The position numbers and the translations under genes are program-made. A stretch of DNA of 64,000 bases from positions 134,168,001 through 134,232,000 of the forward strand of contig NC_067403.1 of the NCBI RefSeq assembly GCF_016432865.1. The letters are read 5' to 3'. The stretch comes from Antechinus flavipes (Eukaryota). Each line of letters starts with the position of its first letter. Position 1 is the first letter of the stretch. Shown here one piece after another: positions 49,001-60,863 of the stretch. The notes under the pieces were generated by a model. That model had not been told where the DNA came from, did not search any database, and worked only from the letters and a program-made list of their open reading frames with translations.

Positions 49001-51592
49001 GCTCACTTTAAAGACAAGTGAAGTAAGCAAGACAAATGGAGAAAGCACTTTAATTTATTGGAGATGAAAACAAATGAAGGAATAAAGGCATTGAAGAAAT
49101 TTAGGGAGTATTGTGTGCCAAGCACTGTACTAAGCACTTGACATACAAATAGAAAAATAAGACAGTTCCTAGTTTTTATTTATTGGAAAGAAATAATCTG
49201 AAATTTCTAAAAGAAAATCATTTAAACACTAAAGAAACTATTGTTTTTTTCTTAACTTTTTTTTTTCCAAAAAGAAAAAGGCTTTGATCTTCTACTTTTA
49301 GATCAACTTTATCAGGAGTGGAACAAATATGAGATACTTCTGATTGTGACATTTTTGCTATGAAATCATCACTAACATCGAATCAAAAAACAGAGAATCC
49401 TTTTTGCAGGCAGCTAAGGCACTGACTTTGCCATTCTTCGGGAAGGAGTGTGAGTCTATATTGCATGTTAGAAGTATTGTCTAATAAAATCTACTTTCAC
49501 TGCTATTTCATTTTCATCAGAAAACCAGAAAAGTTAGATTTTCAAAAAATGAAACAGGATATGAAATAATTTCCTAAAAAGAAAGTGCTGTTCATTAAAA
49601 GACTAGCATTATGTATCTGTTATCCACCATTAGCCTCTTTGCCTTGGACAAAGTCAATATAAGAAACTGAGTATTTTCAGAGTCCAATTAGGCAACCAGA
49701 AATGAGAAATCTCACCAGGCCTAATGAAAGCCTCCAATAAATATATTGAAGCACTTTCATCATGTAATCCCATGAAGAAAAGAACAAAAAGCTATGTTTT
49801 TAATATTGTACCCCACCCCCAAACTCTCAAAAAGATGTTTTAAGGTAGTGTCAAACTTGATCCATAAAGAAAATAAGCATTTTTTATTTTGGATAAACTT
49901 TATCTTCTTGTTCTCTGCAGCACCCTTTCCTCCTTCAGTAATTTTACAAATCAATCATTACCTCCAAATAGGCTGCTGGTTCTTATTACAGCAATGTTTT
50001 CACTATAATCCTCCAAGGCTGTTATTGTGCTGACTTGAATTCTAATTAGCCTGTAAGGAAGAAGGACACTTCTAGGGTTCCTGCAATCAGTGCCACATCA
50101 CATTAATCAGAATTATTGCTGATACTTTTAGCACCCTAGCTAATTAGCACTTTTCTTCCTCTCCCTCTACCATCCTACTATACTATTGTTTCTGGAAAAC
50201 AATAACTGGATCTGCTTGGAAGCACCAAAGGTCTCAGAAAATACAACCTGATTATAGGCTAAGTCAGAGGTGCTTTTAGACAGGTTAAAAAAAGTCATAA
50301 AATACTTTGAATGACTCATAAAATAAAACAAATGGTCATAAATGCAAAGTCAGAGATTTCTCTGAATATAAGGACTGCTCATTTAGGATGATATTTTCAA
50401 TTTGCTTTTGCAGGTGGTTATTTCTAAAAAATTTTGATGAGAACACCTGATAAGTTTCTGCATGAAACTAGGCATATTAATCTCCAAAACAGTTGGTAGC
50501 TGCTTCCATTAAGAGGCACTTGCTTCTTTTACTTTTAACTTCGCTAATAATCATACAGGGGTTCTTTGCCCTTTGGCAGCCTAGTGAAGTTCCTGGACCC
50601 CTTCTCAGAATAATGTTTTTCAAAACATGAATGAAATAAATAAAAGTACAGAGGAAAGTAATAATTGAAATAATTATCCAAATATTAGGGGGAAAACAGC
50701 AAGGAATTTGAATACAGAAACAAATAAACTTTAATAAGTAAATCTAGCAAAATAAAACTCAAAAAATTATATTGTTGTTTCAGGGTCAGCTGGAAGATTA
50801 CTTCAAGGTCAATTGCAATTAATAACCTCTTGCTATTTTGGACTGTGTACAGAGAAAATTAGTCACTGCCTTATTATAGATTCCCAGAACTTCATCAGAC
50901 CTGTTATAGTAATCCTTAGTTTCTTAAAGGTAAAAGGAAGGACACATTTCCTGAATCAGTTCCTAGCTTTCCAATCATCTTTTTAACCATCCCCCAGCTA
51001 AAAAGCTTGAGACTATAGATGACTTCTCAATATGATCTTCAGATATAGATAGTAGTTGCCAGGAGAGTCAAAAGAAAATTACTCCTCAGGGATCATTCTT
51101 CCCTTTTCTCCATTTGAACTCAGAGCACAGACTTCATCTTCTCCACTGAGCTATTATTTTCTTTTGAAGTTTGCCTTTCCGACTCTTCTATGTGGGTAGT
51201 GCCCATTTAAAGTCATAAAAGATAAATAAAACTTAAATTTGTGCTAAAAGGTAGGGCAAGAAAAAACTATTTATTTTGAAATGATCATGCCAGAATTAAA
51301 GTATCTAATAAGGGTATAGTTTTTTATCCAGTGATTTTGGACATTCCAGAATATGTTTTTTTAATTGTTTATTTTGGATGACACAAAGCTAGGGTGATTT
51401 ATTGAAAAGGTGATGATTAAAAAAAATAACTAGATAATCAGGCATTATAGCACACCCTTATAAACCCAGCTACCAAGGTGGGGGAGGGGAGTTGACAATT
51501 CTTTTGGCTTAGGAGTACTGTGGGGTAGGAAAAGCATCTTCCATCAGTATGATAAGCTCTTAAAGCAAGAAAGTCACCAGGTTATCTGCAGG

Positions 51593-51596
<4 letters not shown>

Positions 51597-51676
<80 letters not shown>
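51597..51676 (+). repeat. Perfect (TG)40 microsatellite
   Basis: 80-bp uninterrupted TG run. Confidence 0.97.
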
Positions 51677-51682
<6 letters not shown>

Positions 51683-51859
51683 CAAGAGCATGAATCCACC
51701 CTGATTGAAACAAACAGAAGGGGTCAAAGCTGCTCTGCTGATCATAGTGGGATTGGATATGTAAGTGACCCCTGTACTTCCAGTTTGGGTGAGATTGTAA
51801 CAGTTGTAATAAATAGTTAGTAATACTATTAAGTATTAAGCATTAATACTTAATATTAA

Positions 51860-52115
51860 GTATTAAGCACCTATGATATTCCAGGCCATGTGCTAACTGG
51901 TAGAGATAAAAAGAAAAGCAAAAAACTAAAACTAAAACTAGCAAATAAACAAACAAACAAACAAAAAAAAAAAAAACTAGCCCCTTCTTTCAAGGAACTC
52001 ATGGTCTCATGGAGAAGACCACATTCCAAAAGCTACATACAGAGAAGCCATAAAAACATATATTGGAGGTAATCTTGGGGAGAAGGCACTAAAATGAGAG
52101 GACTGGGGAAGACTT
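51860..52115 (-). mobile_element. L2 3' fragment
   Basis: tattaagcacctatgatattccaggccatgtgctaa; cttctttcaaggaactcatggtc; gactggggaagacttct. Confidence 0.75.
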
Positions 52116-52117
52116 CT

Positions 52118-52450
52118 TGTAGTGAAGTGCCCAGATGAGAGGAAATACAGGACAGCCAAAATAATGAAAGTTTAAGAGCGTTTATTGATTGCTGGCCAGG
52201 ACTGAGCCTCTCCAGGACTTGGGGGCAGGGGGAGAAGGGGGAGTTAGTATCAAGCGGTTTCAAAGATACATGTTTATAGGAAAATCTACAAAGGAGTTCT
52301 TTGAAAGCATTCATTATAATAATAGAATTCTTTTCCCAGACAGGAGGTAAAGGTTATCACATTTAAGAATTACATTCCCAACAGGCAATAAAACAATATT
52401 TCTTTATGTTTATCAAGTTGTCAAGGTCTTAGGTAGTGGATGATAGCACA
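52118..52450 (-). mobile_element. Probable solo LTR
   Basis: tgtag...gcaca ends; minus-strand AATAAA near 52181 and TATA (cctataaac) near 52275; no clear TSD. Confidence 0.5.
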
Positions 52451-53234
52451 TCTGGGTTGTAAAACAGTAAATACCATCTGCATTAGGGTGTGAAAAGGTA
52501 GCAACATAATTTTGACTGCAGACAGTTTCAAACAAAGATAATGTTTCTCATGGTTTCAGGCCTATCCTTCCATTTAAGGAAAGGAGAAGGGCAGAAGGAG
52601 TGAAAGAGAAAAAGACAGAGACTATATATGCACATGTGTATGTGTGTCTTTATATAGTGTAAAATGTGTTTATATGTGTGTATATCTCCATATTTTGTAA
52701 ACAGATATAAATATCTGTCCTTCAAATATGAAAATTAAGTTGCGATTCATGTGTGTGAGAGAGATAAAAAAGACTTCTCATAAGGTGTTCATGTGAAGAG
52801 AGTACTTTGGTTTGCAGCAATATCCTCTTCTTCCTAGAACCTGTCACTGTTTAAAGTTTTCCCTCTTCCTCTCTTAAGCTGCTTATCCATCACCACCACC
52901 ACCAGTGGTGAATGTACAGGTGGATCCATCTGCTGCCATTATTCTTAGGAAAGCAGTGCTGTTGGCTGCTGTGCTTCCATCCTGCTTTCATAGCATTCCT
53001 CCTTACTACTGAGAGCTCTAGTTTAGCTTGCTACTGAGCAGTTCTCTGTGCATTCCTTGATTACCCAACCTTCACACATGGCCTGCCCTAGGGCATGCCC
53101 TGAATCAGGGACAGGGTGCAGAACAGTGGAATAGCAAATCTTCTCTCTTCCATTCCATTGAAATTTGCTGTTAACCATGCTGTTAAGACAATAGGGAAGC
53201 TCAGGAAGTGATAAGGGAATAATTCTTCCCACTG

Positions 53235-54205
53235 TGTGGTGATTGTCATTCTTGAAGAGGCCCAAAATAACATCACTATGTTATAGTCAAGTCATAGTGT
53301 ATACAACTATAAAGACCAATATGAGCTTAGAATGGTCTTCCACAGTTTGGGCACAAATAGTCCATATGCCCATTTAGGGTGGATTCTCTAACTTTGTGCA
53401 TGTTGTGTTTCTGCTGAGCTATTTCGATTCTTCTTTGCTTATAGAGCACCACACTTTTCTGATAAGGACACATTATATTGGATGGTCCTGTGCTGATGTC
53501 TCTCATGTCCTGCAATCAGTTCTAAAGTTCTTAAGAGAGAATTCAAAAGTGTTGAACAATGTGGCAAGCCCAACAAAATTGCACAGTCTGTTTGTGTTTG
53601 AATATTTGGCAGTTTCAAGAAAGGACATCAACGTCTGTTATCTCATCTTGCCAGGTGATCTTCAAAATCTTCCTAAGACAACTCAAATGAAAGTGATTAA
53701 ATTTCCTGGCATAGCGCTGGCATATTGTTCAGGTTTCACAAGCATACCACAATGAGGTCAGCACAATGGCTCTGCTCTCATTCAGTTACTAGTCAGACTA
53801 ATATCTCTTCTTTCTCACACTTTCTTTTGGAGTTTTCCAAATACTGAGCTAGCTCTGGCAATGCGTGTGTCAACCTCATTATTAATGTGTACATCCATGG
53901 AAAGTACACTTCCAAGGTAAGTAAACTTATCCACAGAGTCCAAAACATCTCCATTTGCTATCATTGATGGTTCCACATATGGATAATGTGGTGCTGGCTG
54001 AATGGAGTACTTGTGTTTTCTTGGTGATGATAGGCCAAATTAGCACAAGCAGCACAGAATTCATCCATGCTTTGTTGTGTTTCAGTCTCAGAGGCCGCAC
54101 TGAATGTTCAATCATGTGCAAACAAAAAATTCATACACCAGCATTCACCTCATTTTAGGTTTGGCTTCTAGCCTTTTTAAGTTGAAGAATTTGCCCTTAC
54201 TATGG
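53235..54205 (-). mobile_element. RTE-clade LINE 3' fragment (RT + C-terminal zinc finger), degenerate
   Basis: The minus strand reads GKFFNLKRLEAK, LFAHD* (decayed FADDC at 54111-54122), DKFTYLGSVLS, EVDTRIARASSVFGKL and YLCPNCGRPF; RTE-like 3'UTR end gggcctcttcaagaatgacaatc. Confidence 0.92.
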
Positions 54206-54492
54206 TAGTTAATCTTGATGCCTTGTTCATCCTAATTGTAAGAAGGGAATGCTTAGAGGTGAGACTTTTAGGTAATCAAGAGATGTTTCTGATTCCTGGT
54301 TGGTTGCTGAAGATTGGTGCTTAAATGCTCCTTTCATTTGAGCATTGATAGGAATTTCTAGTGACAAGAGAATTCTTGAAGTTGTTATTTGCTACCTAGT
54401 TATATCTTTAAAATCCATGTCTAATGAGTGTTATGAGCTTCTTGAAACCCAAAAGACTACTTCATCTTTAATGTATTGCATTCCCAAAAGCC

Positions 54493-54618
54493 TAAATTCC
54501 AATATTTGTTGGTAAATTCACTAGTAATAAGTTTTATTTTAGTGCCTTTAAAAGACATAAATTCCAACATTTGTTGGTAAGTTCACTAGTAATAAATTTT
54601 ATTTTAGTGCCTTTAAAA
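54493..54618 (+). repeat. Tandem duplication, 65-bp period, about two copies
   Basis: taaattccaa(t/c)atttgttggtaa(a/g)ttcactagtaataa(g/a)ttttattttagtgcctttaaaa twice, 3 mismatches. Confidence 0.95.
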
Positions 54619-54679
54619 ATCTGCCAACAAGTTCACTCACTCCAGTAGAGGACCAATCTGAAGTAGAGACTCAAGACAG

Positions 54680-54960
54680 TCTAGTAGAGTGGATAGAGAG
54701 ATAGCTTCAGAGCCAGGCTGACCTAGATTCAAGTCCTGTCTCTGACATATACTATTTTTATGATTCTAGGAAAATTTCTTCTCTTTTCAATGATACCAGA
54801 CAACTCTCTTAAAACTCTTAAATTGTAGAGGAGGGGGTCCCTCACAAAAATCTCCCTGTAGCAATCAAACCACAGATATAATTTTTCTAACATGTTATAA
54901 AACTGATTTTTACATATATTAATGCAAAATGACCCTACATCTAGTAGCCAAAGTATAACG
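54680..54960 (+). mobile_element. MIR/MIR3 SINE
   Basis: gagtggatagagagatagcttcagagccagg..gattcaagtcctgtctctgac head. Confidence 0.7.
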
Positions 54961-55649
54961 ATTATAACTCTCTTCTCAGAGAAGAATCTCAGTCTCAAAA
55001 TTACAGAAATGACAAATCAGTACTAGTGCTTGGGCCATTAAAAATAATGGTACTCATTAAAGCATTGTTTTAGAATCTTGTCACATGAAATCTTCAAACT
55101 TAAGACTTAAGAAATCATCTACACCTTGAATGTAAAGAGAAGAAATCCAAGACTTAGAGAGATTAAGTCATGTCTAGGAGTCTGCTTCTTTCCCAAGAAG
55201 AGTCTACCAAAGTACATTGTCTTAGGATCACTGTCTCTATTTTTTCTGATCCAATCTGTTTTCCTTCCAGACTCCCCCAAATGTGACTGCAATACAATGC
55301 CCCTCCTACTTCTGTCTGTTATTTCTTTCATGTCAGGATGCTTATACAGTAATGAATAATCATGATCTATCTCCCAGAAGCTTTAGGAATGTCAGAGATG
55401 CTTTGCATAATCCCATAGGTCTTAACTTTGATGGTGACATTGAAAGCATCATTGAGTCAATAAGCAGAAAAAGAAATAAGAATTGTGTTTTATGTTTGAC
55501 AGACCCATGAAGATAGATCTGATTTTTGAAAAAATTTCTTCAAGATATCCTTCAGAATTTTATTTTTTTCCATTCTTTGTGACTGATCTCAACTTTTGGG
55601 GGGTGGAGAATGGGATGAAGGAGAGGTGTGACTTTACTAACAGCTAAAT

Positions 55650-56110
55650 AGCTCAGGGGATAGAGCTTTGTACCTGGAATCTAGAGATCTTAGTTCAAAT
55701 ATGGTCACAGATGTTTCTTAATTATGTGGACAATGGTAAGTCATGAAATCTCTGCCTGCCTTAATTTCCTCTCCCGAAAAATGAAATAATAATAAGCACC
55801 TACCTCCCAAGATTATCGGAAAGATCAAAAGAGTAAGGGAACTTAAATGCAAATCTTGCCTGTACTTTTCACTACCTGTGTGACTTTAGGCAAGGTACTT
55901 CCCATTTTGGGACTTCAGTTTTCTTATCTATAAAATAAACATTGTATTAAATAGCCTCTGAGATCTCTTAGAGCTTTGAACATATAAACCTAATTTTTTT
56001 TTTTTTTTTACCATCTCTAGAAATCAGTTTCTTCATCAGTTAAATGAAGGTGTTGAACAATATGGCTTCTGAGCTCACTTTTAGCTCTAAATCTACAATC
56101 CTATGCTTTC
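55650..56110 (+). mobile_element. Cluster of MIR/MIR3 SINE fragments
   Basis: Three successive head/core/tail segments (cttagttcaaatatggtcacag; ctacctgtgtgactttaggcaag; ttttagctctaaatctacaatcctatg). Confidence 0.7.
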
Positions 56111-57639
56111 GCCCTTTAGTAGATTCCTGCTGTCATACATTGTGTTGACCTCAAAATATAGGTGCTAACTCATTGAAACAAGTCCAAAGAGTCATCTTCA
56201 GGTTTCAGGAAAGGTACAACTGAATTCTTACAGCCCCAAACATTTAAGGAATGCAGTGGAGATGACAACAGCAGAAAGCTAAAGCAATCTGAGTTTTGTA
56301 CCTTCATGTTCTTAGTTTTATTGGGATATTGTTTCATCTCCTTACAAAAGGAAAAGAGAAACTTAACCATTTCTGCTCTACTAATAGCTACTAAGAACTT
56401 TTTGAGATTAAAGGGAATAATTTCTCCACTCAACGATAACTCAAGCAGTCTTTGGATCAAGCACTAGGATGGGTTTTATCAGGAATGTCTTCAGGCAAAT
56501 GACTATTAAATTCAGTTTCTTTATTTGTAAAAGGGCATAATAATTCTAGTCTACCTGTCTTTCACATCAGGAAATAGTGAGGATGATGTCTGTGAAGCTA
56601 TTTGAGATCTTTGAGAAGAAAAAAATGAGTATAAATTGATTTTACCTAATGTTAAATGTTCCTAATTGTTAATGTCATTTCCCTCCCCCTTGCTTTTGAT
56701 TAGATTGAGGGTTGAATTTAACATCTATGAAAAGCTGGGACTGGATTATTTTTTGGATTGATGAAAAAATGTAGACTCTCATGGTGCTTTGATAACAATG
56801 AACAGATAATTATTTTTATGGAAAATTGTAAGATTAAGCCATTTTAATGTTGTTTGAAGTACTAGGATTGTCACACATTCTTTTATCATAAACTTAAAAG
56901 ATATTTCTATCACTTGCAGTTTAATTACTTTATTGTTAGTGATGATTAAAATTTTAGGTCCTAAAAATTGTTTCTAGCCAACAATAACACTAGCTCTAAA
57001 GTCTTGCATCCCAAGTTGAAATGCTTTGTCTTCCTAGTAACATAACCTAGTAACTAACTGGAATAAAAAAATGTTTGTTTGTGTATTATTCGTTCCTATC
57101 TCTTCTCTTTTCACTGTTATGCCCTTCCTGGTCCTCCTGTTTTCTTTACACTCTTACCGATATGCTAACCAATCAGAAAACTTATTTCTCTTTAGAGATA
57201 TGCAAGGTCTGATTTATTTATAAATTGTCAACCTTTTTTAAAAACTTGCATTTTTTTAGTGCAAGCTAATCATTTAAAGAGACACCGAGTCAGAAAATTT
57301 TGAGGGATAGCTTATTTATTTGTTTTTTGTGGGGCAGGAGCATTTTTATTCATCAGTAAGGGGTTATTCTAACAACAGCAGATTATAAATTTGTGGTTAA
57401 CCATTTTTGCCTGAAATTTGGATCTCTGTCATTGGCATTTCTGAAATACTAGAATTCAGAAAATTATTTTGGTAAATATGCTCCAGGGAGTTCATTCCAT
57501 GTCCCACTCTGATTCCTCAGTTCATGTGTAAAGGTTCAGAGAAAGAAGAGGAAAGTAGAAATGTTCATGAGAAATCCCTCTGGAACATTATTCCCCTCTT
57601 TTTCTAATAAAAGAGTGCCAGGCATTTCAGAAATAGGGA

Positions 57640-57900
57640 ATGACGTTTCCAGAGGAATAATTGATAGAGTCTGAATACAGATAAAAGCATACTTTTTTGG
57701 TCATGTTTCAAACATGACTAATATGGAAATATGTTTTGCATGACTGCATATATATAACCTACTTAAAATTGCTTGCCTTTTCATTGTGGGGGAGAGGGTA
57801 GAATGAAAAATAGAGAAAATTTGGAACAAAAAACTAAAAAATATGTAATATTTTTTGCATGTAATTGGGGAAAATAAAAAATTAAATCATTGGGGAAAAA
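57640..57900 (+). mobile_element. L1 3'UTR end
   Basis: catgactaatatggaaatatgttttgcatgactgc..ggggagagggtag..catgtaattggggaaaataaa. Confidence 0.8.
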
Positions 57901-58291
57901 AGAAATGACATTGATGTGTAGGCTTTCTATGCCCACCTATACATATATATATTCAAAAATAATAGACAATTACTAAAAAGAAAAAATGTTTTCATCCAAT
58001 CTTTAGTACAAATGTATTAGATTTTTGCCAAGTAACAATAGGCACCATACAACAAATGGAAAAGGAGAGTTAGAGATTTTTCAATTGTTTTGTCTTCCTC
58101 TTTCTTTATCTAAATTCTATAAAGATTTGAAAATAGTTGTGCTGATGAAGGTCCTCCATAATTAAATTTGTCTGCAAAGTTGCTGGATCTCAATTGGAAA
58201 TAAGTGGGTGATGAAAAAGGAGGGTGGGTGGGAAGAATTGTATTAGGAGAAAACCAATTTTGTTTTAATTGATTTACTCATCTTTTTAAAG

Positions 58292-58354
58292 GGAGAACCA
58301 GGTTTCATTGGTCCACAGGGAGAACCAGGGTTACCAGGGTTACCTGGAACAAAG
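58292..58354 (+). CDS. COL25A1: Collagen XXV exon E9 (63 nt) GEPGFIGPQGEPGLPGLPGTK
   Basis: catctttttaaAG acceptor, seven triplets, donor GTaagt at 58355. Confidence 0.96.
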
Positions 58355-59409
58355 GTAAGTAGATTCTTATTCCTTTGGTTTCTGTTCAGAGCAACATTCC
58401 AGAAGAGGTGGGCAAAATGATTCACAAGGGACTGGAATATACCAGACAATGTATTTTATCCCTTCCTTCATTATAAAAACTGCTAAATAGCTCTGTAGTC
58501 TAATTGCCAGGTTGAAGGAGTAGAATTTTTAAGCAGAGTCAGGCACACTAACTTCAGCAGAGAATTATAACTCACCTTAATCATTGCAACTCCTTTAAAG
58601 CCAGAAATTAGAAATAATCCTTTCATAGATTCCATAAACACCTGGCACCAGAAAGAAATACTTTGAAGAGCGGAAAGCTTCTTGAATATAAAATCTTCAA
58701 TGACATGTCCTATCAGACCATACCCCAAAGTATGCTAAAAGCATAAAAACCTGTATGCCCACCATATGAAAAATCATTTTGCTATTTATCAAGTCAAAAT
58801 GAAGCTCTTTTTTCATCTTCTCAGGCAGAAACAAAAATAGGCACATGAATTTAAAAGATATAGATCTGAAATTTTAGTTTTGCTTGTGCCAGATGCAAGT
58901 CCTAGATAAATCAAAGAAGATAACATTGGAACAACTTTCCTTTATTTTTAAACAATTGCTATCTTTTCTTCCATGTATTGAATTCACTGGAAATAAATGA
59001 GAGATGGTTTCAGAAAGTCAAATCTGTATATTCATAGATTATTCCTGGAAGAAAAGCTCCAAAAGTTTTGGTCTGCATATGGAGCACCCCATTCTCTGGA
59101 GAAAGGCAAATAATTAGTTGTCTTCTTATCAGTGGAAGTGATGTGTAGCCTGTCAGAGTTAATCAATTCACTTTTGCATGATAGCTAGACCACACCAATG
59201 TTTGCAAATTGGAGATGTTCTTGTGCACTAGGGTCCCTTTTCATGCAATAAGTCCAAGTATATGAAGCACCTGTTTTAACCTGGATAGATTTTAGCAAGT
59301 AATCTTTTCATCTCCCTCCCTTTTCATTTCCCAACTACAAAAATTCTTGGTCATCCTCATCATCTTTTTCTTGGATGACACCACCCACTCCAGCCAATTA
59401 GGCTACATA

Positions 59410-60245
59410 TCAAAGGAGCATAGATTTAGAGCCCTGTAGTGTCTCAGGGTTCATGTAGTACAACCTATTCATTTTACAGATGAGGAAACTGAGCCCAAAA
59501 AGACAGAAATGACTTTCCCAAAAATATTGTAGCAAGTGGCAAAGGAATGAATTGAACCCAGGTCTGTGTTAAAAAATCTAGAACCTGAAAAGGCCTTTGG
59601 GACTATCTAGTTTAACTCTCTTACTTTATAAGGGATATAAATTAGTGCCATGGCTAAAGCATTGGACCTGGAATCAGCAAAACCTGAGTTCAAATCTGAT
59701 CTCAGATACTTCTTAACTATGTGACCTTGGGCAATCACTTAATTTCTATCTGCCTCACTTTGTCCATTTGTATAATGAGGATAGTGATAGTACCTACCGC
59801 CCAGAGTGATTTTGATGACATAATTGGTGTAATGTGCTTTAAAAAATTAGTGTTAGATAAATGCTACTCATTTTGTCATCTTCATTATTTGTGCAGGAGG
59901 CCAAATATCTTACCCAAAGTCACTTAAATTTGTAAGCAAAAAAGCCAAGATTTGAATATGTGTCTCCTTGCCAATATTCAGTAGTTCAGTTCAGCAAATA
60001 TTTGTTAAATGCCTGCTTTTGCCAAGCTACTGTGCTTCTTCTTCTTGTTCAGTCATTCAGTCATGTCCAACTTTTTGTGACCCCACCAAAACACAACAAT
60101 GCTCTCCATAGACTTTTTATACAAAATATTTTGCCATTTCCTTCATCAATGAATGAAGGCAAACAGGTTTGTTCAGGATCACCAAGCTACTTCTGAGGCC
60201 AGATTTGAACTCAGCTTTCTATTCACACTGAATCACCTAGCTGCC
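59410..60245. mobile_element. SINE cluster: MIR3 (-, ~59410-59570), MIR (+, ~59640-59870), MAR1 (-, ~60030-60245)
   Basis: cattttacagatgaggaaactgag; cctgagttcaaatctgatctcag; ttcagtcattcagtcatgtccaac..gatttgaactcag. Confidence 0.75.
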
Positions 60246-60828
60246 TCAGTTGTTATTCTGGGCTCTTCCAATTCCTCATTTCTTTTGTTCTCTGCAATGC
60301 ACCATCATCAAATCAATCTTCCTAAAATACTGGTTTTAGATTCAGGAGTGGGGCAAAACCAAGATGGTAGAGAGAATCTAGGAAGTTGCCTGAGCTCTGT
60401 CTAGTTTCTCTCAGAAATAACCTTAAATCAAACCTCTAAAAGAATTCTGGAGTGACAGAATGCATAAAAAGATGGATTTTCCAGCTCGAGGTAATTTAGA
60501 AGGACTTCAGGAAAAGTCTGCCTCACTGAGGAGGAAGAAGGCAATCAAGCATAGACAGTGTTTGGGTAAGCCAACAGGAGGCTCTTAGTCACAATATAAT
60601 TCAAGAACTGAGGCCTCCTGGTTTTGACTCAGCAGGCCAGCAGCAAAGCAAGCCAGCTGTGAGGTATCTAGCCCTAGATCATCAAGCAAACTGCCAGCCC
60701 CCTGGAATCCAGGGTACAATAGGCATGACTAGGTCAGGCCACAGCATAGAAAGCCAGTAAACTGATCCCTGCTCTCAATGCAAAAAAAAAAACCTGGGAC
60801 AATTTCCCCTAGAGCAGAGCTCAACTTT

Positions 60829-60863
<35 letters not shown>

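Noticed and set aside
51560-51745. His-Thr repeat ORFs (also 25431..25616)
   Set aside because: Translations of (TG)n microsatellites.
53023-54158. ORFs with CPNCGR and a coding-like composition suggesting a retrogene or transposase
   Set aside because: Explained by the minus-strand RTE LINE (RT motifs and C-terminal zinc finger).
54493-54618. Repeat-spacer (CRISPR-like) interpretation of the tandem units
   Set aside because: Two adjacent copies with no unique spacers, no cas genes, and a mammalian intron context.
58243-58449. Minus-strand ORFs with PG repeats (also 44300..44491)
   Set aside because: Antisense shadows of collagen exons E9 and E8.
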